64,000 nt of DNA from Anaerolineae bacterium. Its GTDB lineage: Bacteria > Chloroflexota > Anaerolineae > Aggregatilineales > JAFGMM01. The notes beneath the pieces are model-generated. The model was not told the origin of the DNA. It saw only the letters and a program-made list of their open reading frames with translations, and did no database searches. Below are positions 47,408 through 58,203 of this stretch, piece by piece. Location: positions 584,893 to 648,892 of the forward strand of contig JAOSJO010000022.1 in NCBI GenBank assembly GCA_027494055.1, in the 5' to 3' direction. The translations under genes and the position numbers were made by a program. How positions within the stretch are numbered: the first letter of the stretch is position 1; every line of letters starts with the position of its first letter.

Positions 47408-49984
47408 TCACGCGCCTACAGCTTCCGCCACGGCCACCGTGCCCACGCTCGCCGCGTGCGGCAGCGGCCCGACGCCCAGGTTCAACGGCAGCAGCGCCAC
47501 GCCCTCCGGGACGCTCGCGCGCACGCGGGCGGCGACCTCGACCTCGGTCCCTGCTAGGCGCACGCGGACCCGCGCGCCCTCGCGCACGCTGAGGCGGGCC
47601 GCGTCACCCGCGTTGAGCGCGACGTAGGCCTGCGGCACGCGCCGGTGCACGAGCTGCGTCTTGTAGAACTCGGTCCCCTGGTCGTAGAGCAGGCGCACGG
47701 GCACGACGATCAACTCGCCCTTGCCCGGCTTCGGCGCTGCCGGGGCCTTCGGGACCCTGACGCGCGCCTGGTAGCTCGCCTGCTCGGCGGCGACGGCCCA
47801 TTGCCGACCCAGGCCGCCCGCGTTCTTGTACATCGTGCCGCCGTAGTACAGGTCCTCGCCGCCCACCATCGGGAACTGCGGCGCGACCTCGGCCAGCGTG
47901 GGGTAATCCATGCCCGCGTACCATGGCACGCGCTCCACAATCTGCGCCATCACCACGCCGGGGGTGGGCATCGCCCGGCCCTGGCCCAGCGCCGCGCCCA
48001 CCTGCTGGAATATCTGCCAGTCGGCGCGGCTCTCGCCCACGCGGTCGATGGCCTTGCAGAAGCGCTGCACGCGCCGCTCGCCGTTGGTGAACGTGCCGTC
48101 GCGCTCGGCGAAGCTCATGCGCGGCAGCACCACGTCCGCCAGTTCCGCCGTCGGCGTGAGGAACAGCGCCGTCGCCACGATGAAGCCCGCCTCTTGCAGC
48201 GCCGCCGCCGCGCGCGGGTCCTCGTCCGCCGGGTCGGCCCCGGCGATGATGAGCGCCTCGAAGCTGGCCGCGTTGTCGATGATGTGCGTCGCGTCCTCCG
48301 GCGTGAAGCCCATGTCGAGCGCGCCCTGCGTGTTCGCGCCGGGCCACACCGCGAGCAGGCCGTTGTTGGGCCGGCCCACGTGCCCGGTGGCGACCAGCAG
48401 GTTCGCGGCGGCCTGCATCAGCGCGCCGTGCGCCGCCATGCTCAGCCCCTCACCGCCGACGATCACCACTAGGTCGGTCGCGCCGGCGATGGCCTGCGCC
48501 GCCGCCGCGTCGACGGCGGGCGCGTTTTCGAGCGCAGCCCTGAGCTGGTCAAAGCCGTCGATGTCCGGCGCTGCGTCGCCCAGCGCCTGCCTGAGCAGGC
48601 CGTTGAGCGTCGCGACCTCGTCGCCGTAGTGGTAGCGGACCCGGTGCCGCGTGTAGCGGTCGAGCTTGGTCGCGCGCCCGTTGACCACCACGAGCGTCGC
48701 GCCCCGGTCCGCCGCGACCTTGACGCGGTGCCAGTAGATCGGCGCTTCCTCTTCCAGGTCAGAGGCGACGACCACGATGCACGCGCCCTTGCCCATGTCC
48801 GTGAAGTTGGTGCCCTGCGCCACGCCGACCTCGGCGATCAGGTCGCCGCCGGTCATGGTGGGCGGCCACACCCCCAGCCGCGCGCCGCGCTGCCCCTCGA
48901 CAAGCCGGCGCAGCGCCCACAGGTCCTCGTTGGAGAGGGTCGGCCCCGCCAGCGCGCCGACGGCCTTGCCCGCGCTCTTGAGCATACCGGCCACCAGTTC
49001 GAGCGCCTCACTCCACGTGGCCTCGACCAGCTTGCCGCCCTTGCGCACCAGCGGCGTCGTGATCCGGTCCGGCGCTGCCGTGAAGTGGTGGCCGAACCGG
49101 CCCTTGTCGCAGATCCAGATCTCGTTGACCTGCTCGTTCTGCCGGGGCATGACGCGCTTGATAATCACCCTGCCGCCGGCGTCGCGGTCCAGGCGCGTGT
49201 TGAGCGTGAGGTTACACCCCACCGGGCAGTGCGTGCAGATGCTCGCCGCGCTGTCCAGCTCCCATGGGCGCGCGCCAAAGCGGAAGTCGGCGGTGGTCAG
49301 CGCGCCGACCGGGCAGATGTCAGTCGTGTTGCCGGAGAACTTGCTGTCGAAGCCGGGTTCGCTGGTGGAGATAATCTGCAGGCGGCGGCCCCGCTCGTAG
49401 AACTGCAACACCGGGTCGTCGGTGATCTCCTCGACGTAGCGGATGCAGCGCGCGCACTGGATACAGCGCTCGCGGTCGAGGTAGATTTGCTCGCCCAGCG
49501 GGTAGCGCTTGGCGAGGTGTATCTTCTCGTCGTACAGGAAACGGCTCTTGCCGGGGCCGAAATCCATCGTCAGCTCTTGGAGCGGGCACTCGCCGCCCTT
49601 GTCACAGACCGGGCAGTCCAGCGGGTGGCTCGTCAGGATGAACTCGATGATGTCCTTGCGCCCGCGCCTCACCGCCTCGGTCGTGGTGCGGACGTGCATC
49701 CCTTCGCTGACGACCTGGGTGCAGGCCGTCTGCAGCGTGGGGAACCAGCGCACGAGCGGCTTGCCATCCTCGCCCAGCACCACTTCGCCGGTCGTGCGGT
49801 CGCGCTGCTCGAAGCCCAGTTCGATCAGGCACATGCGGCACATGCCCACCGGTTCCATCTTGGGATGGTAGCAGAACACGGGAATGTCAACCCCGTGCAG
49901 CTTGCAGGCATCGACCAGGTTCATCCCTTTGGGCGCTTCGATGGCCCTGTCGTCCAGGTAGATCGTTACGGTCTCGCTCATCAA
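47408..49984 (-). CDS. nuoG: NADH-quinone oxidoreductase subunit G (858 aa)
   Basis: N-terminal 2Fe-2S/4Fe-4S cysteine clusters (CRMC..; CPVCDKGGEC; CIQCARC; CPVGAL) plus a molybdopterin-oxidoreductase-like body. Confidence 0.9.
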   Translation of the reverse strand: MMSETVTIYLDDRAIEAPKGMNLVDACKLHGVDIPVFCYHPKMEPVGMCRMCLIELGFEQRDRTTGEVVLGEDGKPLVRWFPTLQTACTQVVSEGMHVRTTTEAVRRGRKDIIEFILTSHPLDCPVCDKGGECPLQELTMDFGPGKSRFLYDEKIHLAKRYPLGEQIYLDRERCIQCARCIRYVEEITDDPVLQFYERGRRLQIISTSEPGFDSKFSGNTTDICPVGALTTADFRFGARPWELDSAASICTHCPVGCNLTLNTRLDRDAGGRVIIKRVMPRQNEQVNEIWICDKGRFGHHFTAAPDRITTPLVRKGGKLVEATWSEALELVAGMLKSAGKAVGALAGPTLSNEDLWALRRLVEGQRGARLGVWPPTMTGGDLIAEVGVAQGTNFTDMGKGACIVVVASDLEEEAPIYWHRVKVAADRGATLVVVNGRATKLDRYTRHRVRYHYGDEVATLNGLLRQALGDAAPDIDGFDQLRAALENAPAVDAAAAQAIAGATDLVVIVGGEGLSMAAHGALMQAAANLLVATGHVGRPNNGLLAVWPGANTQGALDMGFTPEDATHIIDNAASFEALIIAGADPADEDPRAAAALQEAGFIVATALFLTPTAELADVVLPRMSFAERDGTFTNGERRVQRFCKAIDRVGESRADWQIFQQVGAALGQGRAMPTPGVVMAQIVERVPWYAGMDYPTLAEVAPQFPMVGGEDLYYGGTMYKNAGGLGRQWAVAAEQASYQARVRVPKAPAAPKPGKGELIVVPVRLLYDQGTEFYKTQLVHRRVPQAYVALNAGDAARLSVREGARVRVRLAGTEVEVAARVRASVPEGVALLPLNLGVGPLPHAASVGTVAVAEAVGA

Positions 49985-50023
49985 TGCCTCGGTTCGATTC
50001 CCGACACTTTGCTGTATCCGCGC

Positions 50024-51358
50024 TCAGTCGCCGGCAGCGACCGGCGCCTCGATGGGCGCTTGCGTCTCCAGTTCGGCGGTCGATTCGGGCACACCCGACA
50101 CGCGCCGCGCGTAATCGTCGCGGAAGTGCGCGATGGTCGCCGCCGCCGGGTTGAGCGCGAACTCGCCCAGCGCGCACAGGCACTTCCCCTTGATCTGCGC
50201 CGCGACCTCGTCAAGCAGGTCGATGTCGCCCTCGGTCGCCTCGCCGCGATGGATGCGGCTGAGGACGCGCTCCATCCAGAACGTGCCCTCGCGGCACGGC
50301 GTGCACTTGCCGCAGCTCTCGTGCTTGAAGAACCGGACCATCTTCAGCGCAGCCCACACCATGTCGGTGTCCTCGTCGAGGACGATCACCGACGCTGACC
50401 CCAGCGACGAGCCGACCTTCTGCACGTCCTCGTAGGTCAGCGGCGTGTCGAGCACCTCCGCGCTGCCGGGCAGGATCGGCGCGCTTGCGCCGGCGGTGAG
50501 CACGCCCTTGAGTCCCTTGTCGTCGAGGATGCCGCCGGCGTGCTCGTAGATCAACTCCCGGAAGGTCGTCCCCAGCGGCAGCTCGTAGTTGCCGGGCCGG
50601 TTCACGTGCCCGCTGACGCAGAACACCTTCACGCCGGGGCTTTGCTCCGTCCCGAACTGCCGGTAGGCGTCCGCGCCGTTGACCATGATCCAGGGCACGT
50701 TCGTCAGCGTCTCCACGTTGTTGACGACGGTCGGCTCATAGTAGAGGCCGCCACCCTTCTGCGCCGGGAAGGGTGGCCGCACGCGCGGCTGCCCCAGCAG
50801 GCCCTGCAGCGAGTTCAGCAGCGCCGACTCCTCGCCGCAGATGTACGCGCCCGCGCCCAGGTGCGTGTAGACCTCGCAGCTCCACCCGCTGCCGAGGATG
50901 TTCTCGCCGATGAAGCCGGCGGCGCGCGCCTCCTCGATGCGCGCGTCGAGCGCGTGCGTCAGGTCCCAGAACTCGCCCCGGCAGTAGATGTAGACCGCCC
51001 TGGCGCGGATCGCATACGCGCAGATCAGCGCACCCTCGATCAACTGGTGCGGGTTGCCCTCCATGATTTGGCGGTCCTTGAAGGTGCCCGGCTCGCTCTC
51101 GTCGGCGTTGACGGCGACGTAAGTGGTCTCCGCGTCCTTCGGGATGAAGCTCCACTTCACGCCGGTGGGGAAGCCCGCGCCGCCGCGCCCGCGCAGCCCC
51201 GACGCCTTGACCACCTCGATCACCTCGTCGGGCGTGAGGGTCACGGCTTTTTTGAGGCCCTCGTAGCCGCCGTTTTCCACGTAAACGTCGAACTTCCAGA
51301 TGTCTGGTATATCCAGGTCCCGTAGAATGATATGCGCCACGTCTCGACCTGCCTTCAT
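50024..51358 (-). CDS. nuoF: NADH-quinone oxidoreductase subunit F
   Basis: The motifs GLRGRGGAGFPTGVKW, ADESEPGTFKDR and ESCGKCTPCREG. The start is taken at ATG 51358 (MKAGRDV); the track ORF begins at a TTG at 51385. Confidence 0.9.
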   Translation of the reverse strand: MKAGRDVAHIILRDLDIPDIWKFDVYVENGGYEGLKKAVTLTPDEVIEVVKASGLRGRGGAGFPTGVKWSFIPKDAETTYVAVNADESEPGTFKDRQIMEGNPHQLIEGALICAYAIRARAVYIYCRGEFWDLTHALDARIEEARAAGFIGENILGSGWSCEVYTHLGAGAYICGEESALLNSLQGLLGQPRVRPPFPAQKGGGLYYEPTVVNNVETLTNVPWIMVNGADAYRQFGTEQSPGVKVFCVSGHVNRPGNYELPLGTTFRELIYEHAGGILDDKGLKGVLTAGASAPILPGSAEVLDTPLTYEDVQKVGSSLGSASVIVLDEDTDMVWAALKMVRFFKHESCGKCTPCREGTFWMERVLSRIHRGEATEGDIDLLDEVAAQIKGKCLCALGEFALNPAAATIAHFRDDYARRVSGVPESTAELETQAPIEAPVAAGD

Positions 51359-51385
51359 CTTCGGATGGGGCGCGCCGCGCCCCAA

Positions 51386-51826
51386 CTAGACGTCCTGACT
51401 GTCGCGCTTCGACAGATAGTAAATGTCCCGGTGCAGCACATACCCCTCGCGCTGCAACAGCCTCAGGCTTGCCTCGTTCCAATCTTCGACCAGCGCGGCC
51501 ACGAGCCTGATGCCCTGCGCGTGCAACACGCGCTCCGCCTCTTCGATCAGCCGCGCCGCGTGCCCCTGGCGGCGGTGTGCGGGATCGACCGCGAGCCGGT
51601 TGATCCAGCCCTTGCGCGCGTCGTGCGTGGCGACCACCACGCCGATCAGCCGGCCGTCCTGCTCCAGGCCGATGACGGTCTGCACGCCAGACGCCATCTG
51701 CCCCGCGAACGCCGCGCGCGCGTCGCGGCCCTGGGGCCGGATGTGCAGGCCCGCGCGCTGCCACAGGTCCATGATGGCGTCGTAATCGTCAGCACTCAGG
51801 CGGCGGACGGCCACCGCGCTCTTCAC
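51386..51826 (-). CDS. GNAT-family N-acetyltransferase embedded between nuoE and nuoF
   Basis: Acetyl-CoA motif A LAVDPAHRRQGHAARLIEEAE and a 146-aa GNAT-like layout. The GTG start at 51826 is 14 nt after the nuoE stop, and the stop abuts the nuoF upstream region. Confidence 0.75.
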   Translation of the reverse strand: MKSAVAVRRLSADDYDAIMDLWQRAGLHIRPQGRDARAAFAGQMASGVQTVIGLEQDGRLIGVVVATHDARKGWINRLAVDPAHRRQGHAARLIEEAERVLHAQGIRLVAALVEDWNEASLRLLQREGYVLHRDIYYLSKRDSQDV

Positions 51827-51840
51827 GCGCGCCCCCGGAG

Positions 51841-52404
51841 TCACGCCTCTGGCTCCGCCTTGCTCTTGCCGCCCTGCTTGCGCCCGGCGTGCGCGTGCTC
51901 TGCCGCGCGCCACCGGTACGCTGGCGTGTACGACTTGCCAGCGCGCAGGTCGTCGATGATGGCCTTCGCCTTGTCGATGTCCAGCCCCTCGCAGTAGCTG
52001 AAGTTGATCTGCATCACCGGGGCCTTGTCGCAGGCGGCCAGGCACATCACCTGCTCAATCGAAAACAGCCCGTCAGGCGTGACCTCGCCCTCTTCGACGC
52101 CGAGGTAGTCCTTCAGCGCCTCAAAGAACTGCTCCGCGCCGCGCAACGCGCACGGCAGGTCGGTGCACACCTGGATGAGGTACTTGCCCTTCGGCTTCTC
52201 GTAGTACATCGTGTAGAAGCCCACGAGCGAGCGCACCTGCGTGACGGACATCTCGCAGATTTCGGCGACCTCAGCCATCGCCTCCGGCGTGATGTGGCCG
52301 TACTCCTGCTGCGCAAGGTACAGCATCGGCATCACCGCCGAGCGCCTGTCCGGGTATTTGCCGAGCGTCTTCTCGATCTGGTCTTTGTACTTCTCGATGA
52401 GCAC
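51841..52404 (-). CDS. nuoE: NADH-quinone oxidoreductase subunit E
   Basis: 2Fe-2S thioredoxin-like motifs (..IQVCTDLPC.. and ..CLAACDKAP..). Confidence 0.9.
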   Translation of the reverse strand: MLIEKYKDQIEKTLGKYPDRRSAVMPMLYLAQQEYGHITPEAMAEVAEICEMSVTQVRSLVGFYTMYYEKPKGKYLIQVCTDLPCALRGAEQFFEALKDYLGVEEGEVTPDGLFSIEQVMCLAACDKAPVMQINFSYCEGLDIDKAKAIIDDLRAGKSYTPAYRWRAAEHAHAGRKQGGKSKAEPEA

Positions 52405-52441
52405 GGGTTCTCCCTGTTCGTCGCGTGTGCGCTGCGCCGGT

Positions 52442-53698
52442 CTACCGGTCCACGTCGCCGAGCACGATGTCGATGCCGCCCATGATGGCGATCACGTCCG
52501 CGATGAGCCAGCCCGGCGTCATGTGGCGCAGCGCGCTGATGTGCATGAACGTCGGCTGGCGGAAGTGCACGCGGTGCGGCTTCGGGCCGCCGTCGCTGCT
52601 CAGGTAACAGCCCATCATCCCGCGCGCCGACTCAATCGGCACGAACACCTCGCCCTTCGGCGGGCGGATGCCCTCGGTCCAGTACTTGAAGTGATGGATG
52701 AGCGACTCCATGCTCACGCCCAGCTCCGAGCGCGGCGGCGGCGTGAACTTGCGGTTGTCGGACAGCACCGGCCCGCCGGGGAGCCGGTTCAGGGCCTGCT
52801 CGATGATGCGCAGGCTCTCCCACGTCTCCTGAAAGCGGCACCAATAGCGGTCGTACACATCGCCGGCCTCGCCGAGCGGGATGTCGAAGCGGTACTGGTC
52901 GTAGCCGGAATAGGGCATCGCCTTGCGCACGTCGAAGTTCACGCCCGAACCGCGCAGGCTGGGGCCGGTCAGCCCCCAGGAGATCGCCTCCTCGGCGCTG
53001 ATGGGCGCGAGGCCTTTGGTGCGCTCCACCCAGATCGGGTTGTTCCGCAGCAGGCGCTCGTAGTCGCGCAGCTTCTCCGGCATGATGTCCAGGAACTCGC
53101 GCACGGCGGGCACGAAGTCTTCGGGCACGTCGCGCCACAGCCCGCCCGGCCTGAAGTATGTCCCCATCATGCGCTGGCCGGAAACCATCTCGTACATCTC
53201 GGTGATGCGCTCGCGCTCGCGGAAGGTGTAGAGGAACACGCTCATCGCGCCCATGTCCAGCGAGAAGGTGCCCAGCCAGACCAGGTGGCTGGCGATGCGC
53301 CACAGCTCCAGCAGGATCACGCGGATCGCCTGCGCGCGCGGCGGCACTTCGAGGCCGCAGAGCTTCTCGGTCGCCAACACGAAGGCCAGGTTGTTCGCCG
53401 GCGGGTTGAGGTAGTCCATGCGGTCGGTCATCGTGATCGCCTGGACGTAGGTCTTGTCCTCCATGTTCTTCTCGATGCCGGTATGGAGGTAGCCGACCTC
53501 CGGGTTGCAGGTGACGATTTCCTCACCGTCGAGTTCGAGCAGCAGGCGCAGCACGCCGTGCGTCGAGGGGTGCTGCGGCCCCATGTTCAGGAGCATAGTT
53601 TCGCCGGTGAGCGCGCGCGGCGAAACGACGCCCCTGAGCCGTTCAAGGTCGCCCTGGTAATCGGAGAATGGTTCCGTGCTGACAGCAGTGGTAGCCAT
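52442..53698 (-). CDS. nuoD: NADH-quinone oxidoreductase subunit D
   Basis: LNMGPQHPSTHGVLRL..; 418 aa, intact. Confidence 0.92.
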   Translation of the reverse strand: MATTAVSTEPFSDYQGDLERLRGVVSPRALTGETMLLNMGPQHPSTHGVLRLLLELDGEEIVTCNPEVGYLHTGIEKNMEDKTYVQAITMTDRMDYLNPPANNLAFVLATEKLCGLEVPPRAQAIRVILLELWRIASHLVWLGTFSLDMGAMSVFLYTFRERERITEMYEMVSGQRMMGTYFRPGGLWRDVPEDFVPAVREFLDIMPEKLRDYERLLRNNPIWVERTKGLAPISAEEAISWGLTGPSLRGSGVNFDVRKAMPYSGYDQYRFDIPLGEAGDVYDRYWCRFQETWESLRIIEQALNRLPGGPVLSDNRKFTPPPRSELGVSMESLIHHFKYWTEGIRPPKGEVFVPIESARGMMGCYLSSDGGPKPHRVHFRQPTFMHISALRHMTPGWLIADVIAIMGGIDIVLGDVDR

Positions 53699-53712
53699 GA
53701 GACATTCCCTCG

Positions 53713-54229
53713 CTACTTCCTGGCGTAGGGCTTGTTGGCGTCGATTTTCTGCCAGTTAAAGGAAAACTGGACCTCTTCCTTCCCCAATGGGTAGTCCTTG
53801 CGCAGCGGGTGCCCATCCCAGTCCTCCGGCATGAGCAGACGCCGCTTGTCGGGGGTGGCCCTCGAAGTCGATGCCGAGCATGTCCTGTATCTCGCGCTCC
53901 GGCCAGTTGACCAGCGGCCACTCCCCGATCAGGCTGGGGATGACGGCGTCGTCTTCGGGCGCGTAGACTTTGAGGCGGATGATGCGGTTGTGCAGCATCG
54001 AATACAGGTGATAGCACACCGCGAAGCGCGGCGCGTCGGGGTAGTAGTCCACGCCGGTGATGTCGGCGATGAAGTTGTAATCCAGCCCCGGCGTGTCGCG
54101 CAGGAGCGCGCACGCCTCGCAGATGATGGCGCGGTCGATAACGACCATCGTCTCGCCGAACGCTTCGATCACGTCATAGACCGCGTCGGGAAATCGCGCC
54201 TTGAGCGCCGCGACAGTTTCTTGTGACAT
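53713..54229 (-). CDS. nuoC: NADH-quinone oxidoreductase subunit C with a frame break near 53853
   Basis: Track ORF 53756-54229 degenerates after ..GIDFEGHP. Removing one C from the C5 run restores [45 protein letters not shown]-stop. Confidence 0.85.
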
Positions 54230-54310
54230 GTTGCCGTTTACCTGTAGATATTCAACCAGGGGCGGGCTTTCGCGCCGCCCCTACGGATCGCCAGTTCTCC
54301 GGTGGGGGGA

Positions 54311-54782
<472 letters not shown>

Positions 54783-54792
<10 letters not shown>

Positions 54793-55139
54793 ACCATCGC
54801 TCCCTTTTTCCACTCATAGATGAACGCTATGAGCAGGATAACGATAAAGACGGCCATGCCCACCAGCGCGACCGCGCCCAGGTCGCGGAAGACCACCGCC
54901 CACGGCAGGATGAAGATCACTTCAATGTCGAAAATGATGAACAACACGGCGACCAGGTAAAACTTCACCGGGATGCGCCGCTGCGCCGGGCCGATGGGCG
55001 TCATGCCGCTTTCGTAAGGCGTGAGCTTGCGGCGGTTGGGTCTGAAGGGGCCGAAAATGCGGGAGAAAAACAGGATGACTACACTGAGCGCCACTGAGAT
55101 GACCAACAGCACCACAATTGGGAGATAGATTTCGATCAC
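54783..55139 (-). CDS. nuoA: NADH-quinone oxidoreductase subunit A
   Basis: 118 aa, three TM helices, ..YESGMTPIG..FDIEVIFILPWA... Confidence 0.9.
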
Positions 55140-55307
55140 GGCAGCCGCCCTCCCGACAGGATTGTTACGCTCGGCACAAGGTCATCATACAAGAGAGTAA
55201 CATATCCACCCGCAAGCGGCAAAAACCTGACCAGATTCACCTACTTAGACGACATTCCCGGCGGGGCGCGAAAAAGCTTGGCAAAACACCCGGCTTAGTG
55301 CATAGTA

Positions 55308-56033
55308 ATGATACGTCTCCGCCATGACATTCTGGAGAACGTTTCAGGGATGGACGCAGATAAGGCGACCGTCGCGCAACTGCGTGCGGCGCGCAACGTC
55401 AACGGGCTTCTTGCCACCCTGGGCGATGAGGACCCCGAAACGCGCGCGCAGGCGGCCTTTGCGCTCGGCGTGATCGGCGACCCGCGCGCCATCCCGGCGC
55501 TGGAACACGCGCTCCTCATGGAGGACGACGCGGACACCCACGCGCACATCCACGCCGCGCTGACGCACCTCCGCGAGCACGCGCGCAAGCTCGAACAGCT
55601 CACCGACGCCACCCTCAACCAGTTGATCGACCGGCTCCTCGACGACGACGTGGACGCCGCCGTCGCGGCGGCGCACGCGCTGGGCCAGTCGCAGGACAAG
55701 GCCGCCGTCGTGCCGCTGTTTATCCTGTTCCGCAACGCCAGGGCCGACCACCGGCTGCGCCTTGCCGCCGCCGAGGCGCTCACCGCGCTTGAGAGCGCGC
55801 CCGCCATCGTCACGCTGCTGGGCGCGCTGCGCAGTCCCGATTGGGAGGTGCGCCGCAACGCCGCCGCCATGCTCGGCATGGTCAAGGCAGACTGGGCCGT
55901 CATCCCGCTCGCCGCCGCGCTTGACGACCCGGTGGAGATGGTGCGCCGCACCGCCGAGGCCGCCCTGGAACGCATCGACACGCCCGAAGCGCTCGCCGAG
56001 CTGAAGGCGCACCGCGAGGCGTTCAGGGGATAG
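55308..56033 (+). CDS. HEAT-repeat (PBS-lyase-type) protein
   Basis: Repeated ..D.D..VR..AA.ALG.IGDPRAIPAL.. units. An alternative start is at 55350. Confidence 0.75.
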   Translation: MIRLRHDILENVSGMDADKATVAQLRAARNVNGLLATLGDEDPETRAQAAFALGVIGDPRAIPALEHALLMEDDADTHAHIHAALTHLREHARKLEQLTDATLNQLIDRLLDDDVDAAVAAAHALGQSQDKAAVVPLFILFRNARADHRLRLAAAEALTALESAPAIVTLLGALRSPDWEVRRNAAAMLGMVKADWAVIPLAAALDDPVEMVRRTAEAALERIDTPEALAELKAHREAFRG

Positions 56034-56709
56034 GCGCGAGCCACACCGCCATTGCCGCCGCGTCGGCCTCAAGGTGATAGCGCACGCCGGGCGGGATCGC
56101 GAGCAGATCGCCCCGGCGCAGCGGCATGGCCTGGTTCGCCTCGGTGAGCAGAAGCGCGACGCCGCGCAGGATCAGCAGCGGCGTGCCGCTCTCTGGCGCG
56201 GTCTGGTTGGGGCCGACGCCCGCGCACCGCATCACCCACAGCCCCCAGCCAGCGAAGCGCGTCGCCTGCACCGGCTGGTAGGGCGCGTCGAGGCCCGAAT
56301 ACAGCGCGCCCAGGTTGACTTTCTCAAGCGGCGGGTCCTTCTCAATGGCGAACAGGCGCCACTGGCCGTTCTTGCGCAGCGCGTCGCCCGCCGGCCGGAG
56401 CAGCACCACCGTCGCCGGGAAGAAGGCGCTCGAATAGTGGGCGGTGCCCTTGGGCACGATCATCAGCTCCTCGGTCCGCAGCGTCAGGTCGCCGCGCTCA
56501 GTGCCGAGCACGATGCTCCCGTCGTACACCAGGAAGAGTTCGTCCTCGTGCAGGTGCCGGTGCATCGCCATGGTGCCCTCGCAGATGTACAGGTCCACGG
56601 CGAGGTCCGCAAACGCGCCCATGCGATAGGTGACCCACGGCGTGTCCAGGGCTTTCGCCAGGTCTTCGACGTTCTGCTTCTGGAGCGCGTCGCCGGCGCT
56701 GGCGCTCAT
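56023..56709 (-). CDS. Bicupin-like protein
   Basis: This is the last 228 codons of the 669-aa track ORF ([41 protein letters not shown]..). The ATG overlaps the upstream SPFH stop (ATGA). Confidence 0.65.
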   Translation of the reverse strand: MSASAGDALQKQNVEDLAKALDTPWVTYRMGAFADLAVDLYICEGTMAMHRHLHEDELFLVYDGSIVLGTERGDLTLRTEELMIVPKGTAHYSSAFFPATVVLLRPAGDALRKNGQWRLFAIEKDPPLEKVNLGALYSGLDAPYQPVQATRFAGWGLWVMRCAGVGPNQTAPESGTPLLILRGVALLLTEANQAMPLRRGDLLAIPPGVRYHLEADAAAMAVWLAPIP

Positions 56710-57515
56710 CAACCCTCCGGCGCGCCGGCGTCGTCCGATGGCGGCTGCATCCGCTTGATCGCTTCCACGAAGGGCGCCATCATGTCGATGGGCAGGGGGA
56801 AGACGATGGTCGAGTTCTTTTCGACGGCGATCTCGGTGAGCGTCTGCAGGTAGCGCAGTTGCAGCGCCGACGGCTCCCGCGCGATCAACGTCGCCGCCTG
56901 CTGCAACTTCTCTGCGGCCTGCAACTCGCCTTCGGCGTGGATGATCTTGGCGCGCTTCTCGCGCTCCGCCTCGGCCTGCCGCGCCATCGCGCGCTGCATC
57001 TGCGGCGGGAGTTCCACGTCCTTGATCTCCACGATGCTCACCTTCACGCCCCACGGCTCGGTCTGCTCGTCGATGATGCGCTGGAGGTCCTCGTTGACGC
57101 GCTCGCGGTGCGCGAGCAGCTCGTCGAGTTCCACCTGGCCGATCACGCTGCGCAGGCTGGTCTGCGCGATCTGGAAGGTCGCATTGATGTAGTCGTTCAC
57201 CTGGACCACCGCGTGCAGCGGGTTGACGACGCGGAAGTAGGCCACCGCGTTGACGCCGATGGTCACGTTGTCGTTGGTGATGCAATCCTGGCGCGGGATG
57301 TCGAGCGTGACCACGCGCAGATCGACCTTGACCATCTGGTCGATGCCGAACGGCAGGATGAAGAACCACCCCGGCCCCTTGGTGCCGCCCTTGATGAGCC
57401 GCCCAAGCCGGAAGATCACCGCGCGCTCGTATTCCTTGATGATGCGGAATGCCGAGATCGCGACGACCAGCACCAGCAGCAGTGTGAAGGCCACGAGAAA
57501 GGCCAACGGTTCCAT
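56709..57515 (-). CDS. SPFH/band-7 (stomatin-like) membrane protein
   Basis: An N-terminal TM helix, then ..[15 protein letters not shown].. and an Ala/Glu-rich coiled region ([19 protein letters not shown]). Confidence 0.9.
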   Translation of the reverse strand: MEPLAFLVAFTLLLVLVVAISAFRIIKEYERAVIFRLGRLIKGGTKGPGWFFILPFGIDQMVKVDLRVVTLDIPRQDCITNDNVTIGVNAVAYFRVVNPLHAVVQVNDYINATFQIAQTSLRSVIGQVELDELLAHRERVNEDLQRIIDEQTEPWGVKVSIVEIKDVELPPQMQRAMARQAEAEREKRAKIIHAEGELQAAEKLQQAATLIAREPSALQLRYLQTLTEIAVEKNSTIVFPLPIDMMAPFVEAIKRMQPPSDDAGAPEG

Positions 57516-57753
57516 GCGCTTCTCCTCTACAGTTTAGCGGCGAGAACGTCCGCACACTTCCTATTATAGATGAGGTCACGGTAGCTGGCAGTACGGGCGG
57601 GCAGGTTCGCGCGCCCGTTTTGTTGCCGGGGGCGCACGCGAATATAATGAACCTACCGCGCGACCTCAGCGCTTCATCCACTTCCCCGCCGCCGAACGCC
57701 CCCCCAACCGCGAGGCCCGAACGGCGCTGAGCGCCCTGCAAGGAGGGTTTGCC

Positions 57754-58203
57754 ATGCCTTACGTGGAACAGGAAATCGTGATCGACGCGCCGCCCGAAGT
57801 GGTGTTCGACATGATCGCCAACCGCCCGGAGCAGATGCCGGCATGGTGGCCGCCCATCGAGGCGCAGGAGCGCGTCACGCCGCCGCCGACCCGGGTCGGC
57901 TCGCGCTCCAGCTACGTCTACAAGATGATGGGCGTCGGCATCAGGGGCGAGCACGAGGTGAAGGAAATGACGCCCAACGCGCACCTCAAGGTCACGACCA
58001 TCAGCGGGATCGACAGCACGTTCGACTTCCACTTCGAGCCGGCGGGCGAAGGCTCAACCCGGCTGGTGGTGCGCGTGGATTACACGCTGCCCGGCTCCTT
58101 CCTCGGCCAGATGCTCAACCGGCTGGTGATCGAGAAGAAGAACGAGGAAGACCTCATCACGGGGCTGCAGAACCTCAAGGCCATGTTGGAGTCCGGGCAG
58201 TAG
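57754..58203 (+). CDS. SRPBCC-superfamily (polyketide cyclase/dehydrase-like) protein
   Basis: 149 aa; ..QEIVIDAPPEVVFDMIAN....WWP.. is a typical SRPBCC N-terminus. Confidence 0.75.
   Translation: MPYVEQEIVIDAPPEVVFDMIANRPEQMPAWWPPIEAQERVTPPPTRVGSRSSYVYKMMGVGIRGEHEVKEMTPNAHLKVTTISGIDSTFDFHFEPAGEGSTRLVVRVDYTLPGSFLGQMLNRLVIEKKNEEDLITGLQNLKAMLESGQ

Noticed and set aside
39279-47592. Very long plus-strand ORFs (904, 820 and 687 aa) covering the nuo region
   Set aside because: They are antisense shadows of strongly conserved minus-strand nuoN/M/L/H/I genes. Their translations are Arg/His/Asp/Glu/Gln-rich low-complexity strings with no motifs. Long open antisense frames are expected in GC-rich DNA.
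51386-52045. The 219-aa minus-strand ORF taken at full length
   Set aside because: Its first ~70 codons overlap the 3-prime end of nuoE in another frame and are Arg/Gly/Ala-rich. The GNAT fold begins after the GTG at 51826, so the gene was trimmed.
56710-58032. The upstream two thirds of the 669-aa minus-strand ORF 56023-58032
   Set aside because: This part overlaps the well-supported SPFH gene in another frame and is antisense to the SRPBCC gene. Only the last 228 codons (bicupin, 56023-56709) look like real protein, and they start with an ATG overlapping the SPFH stop.
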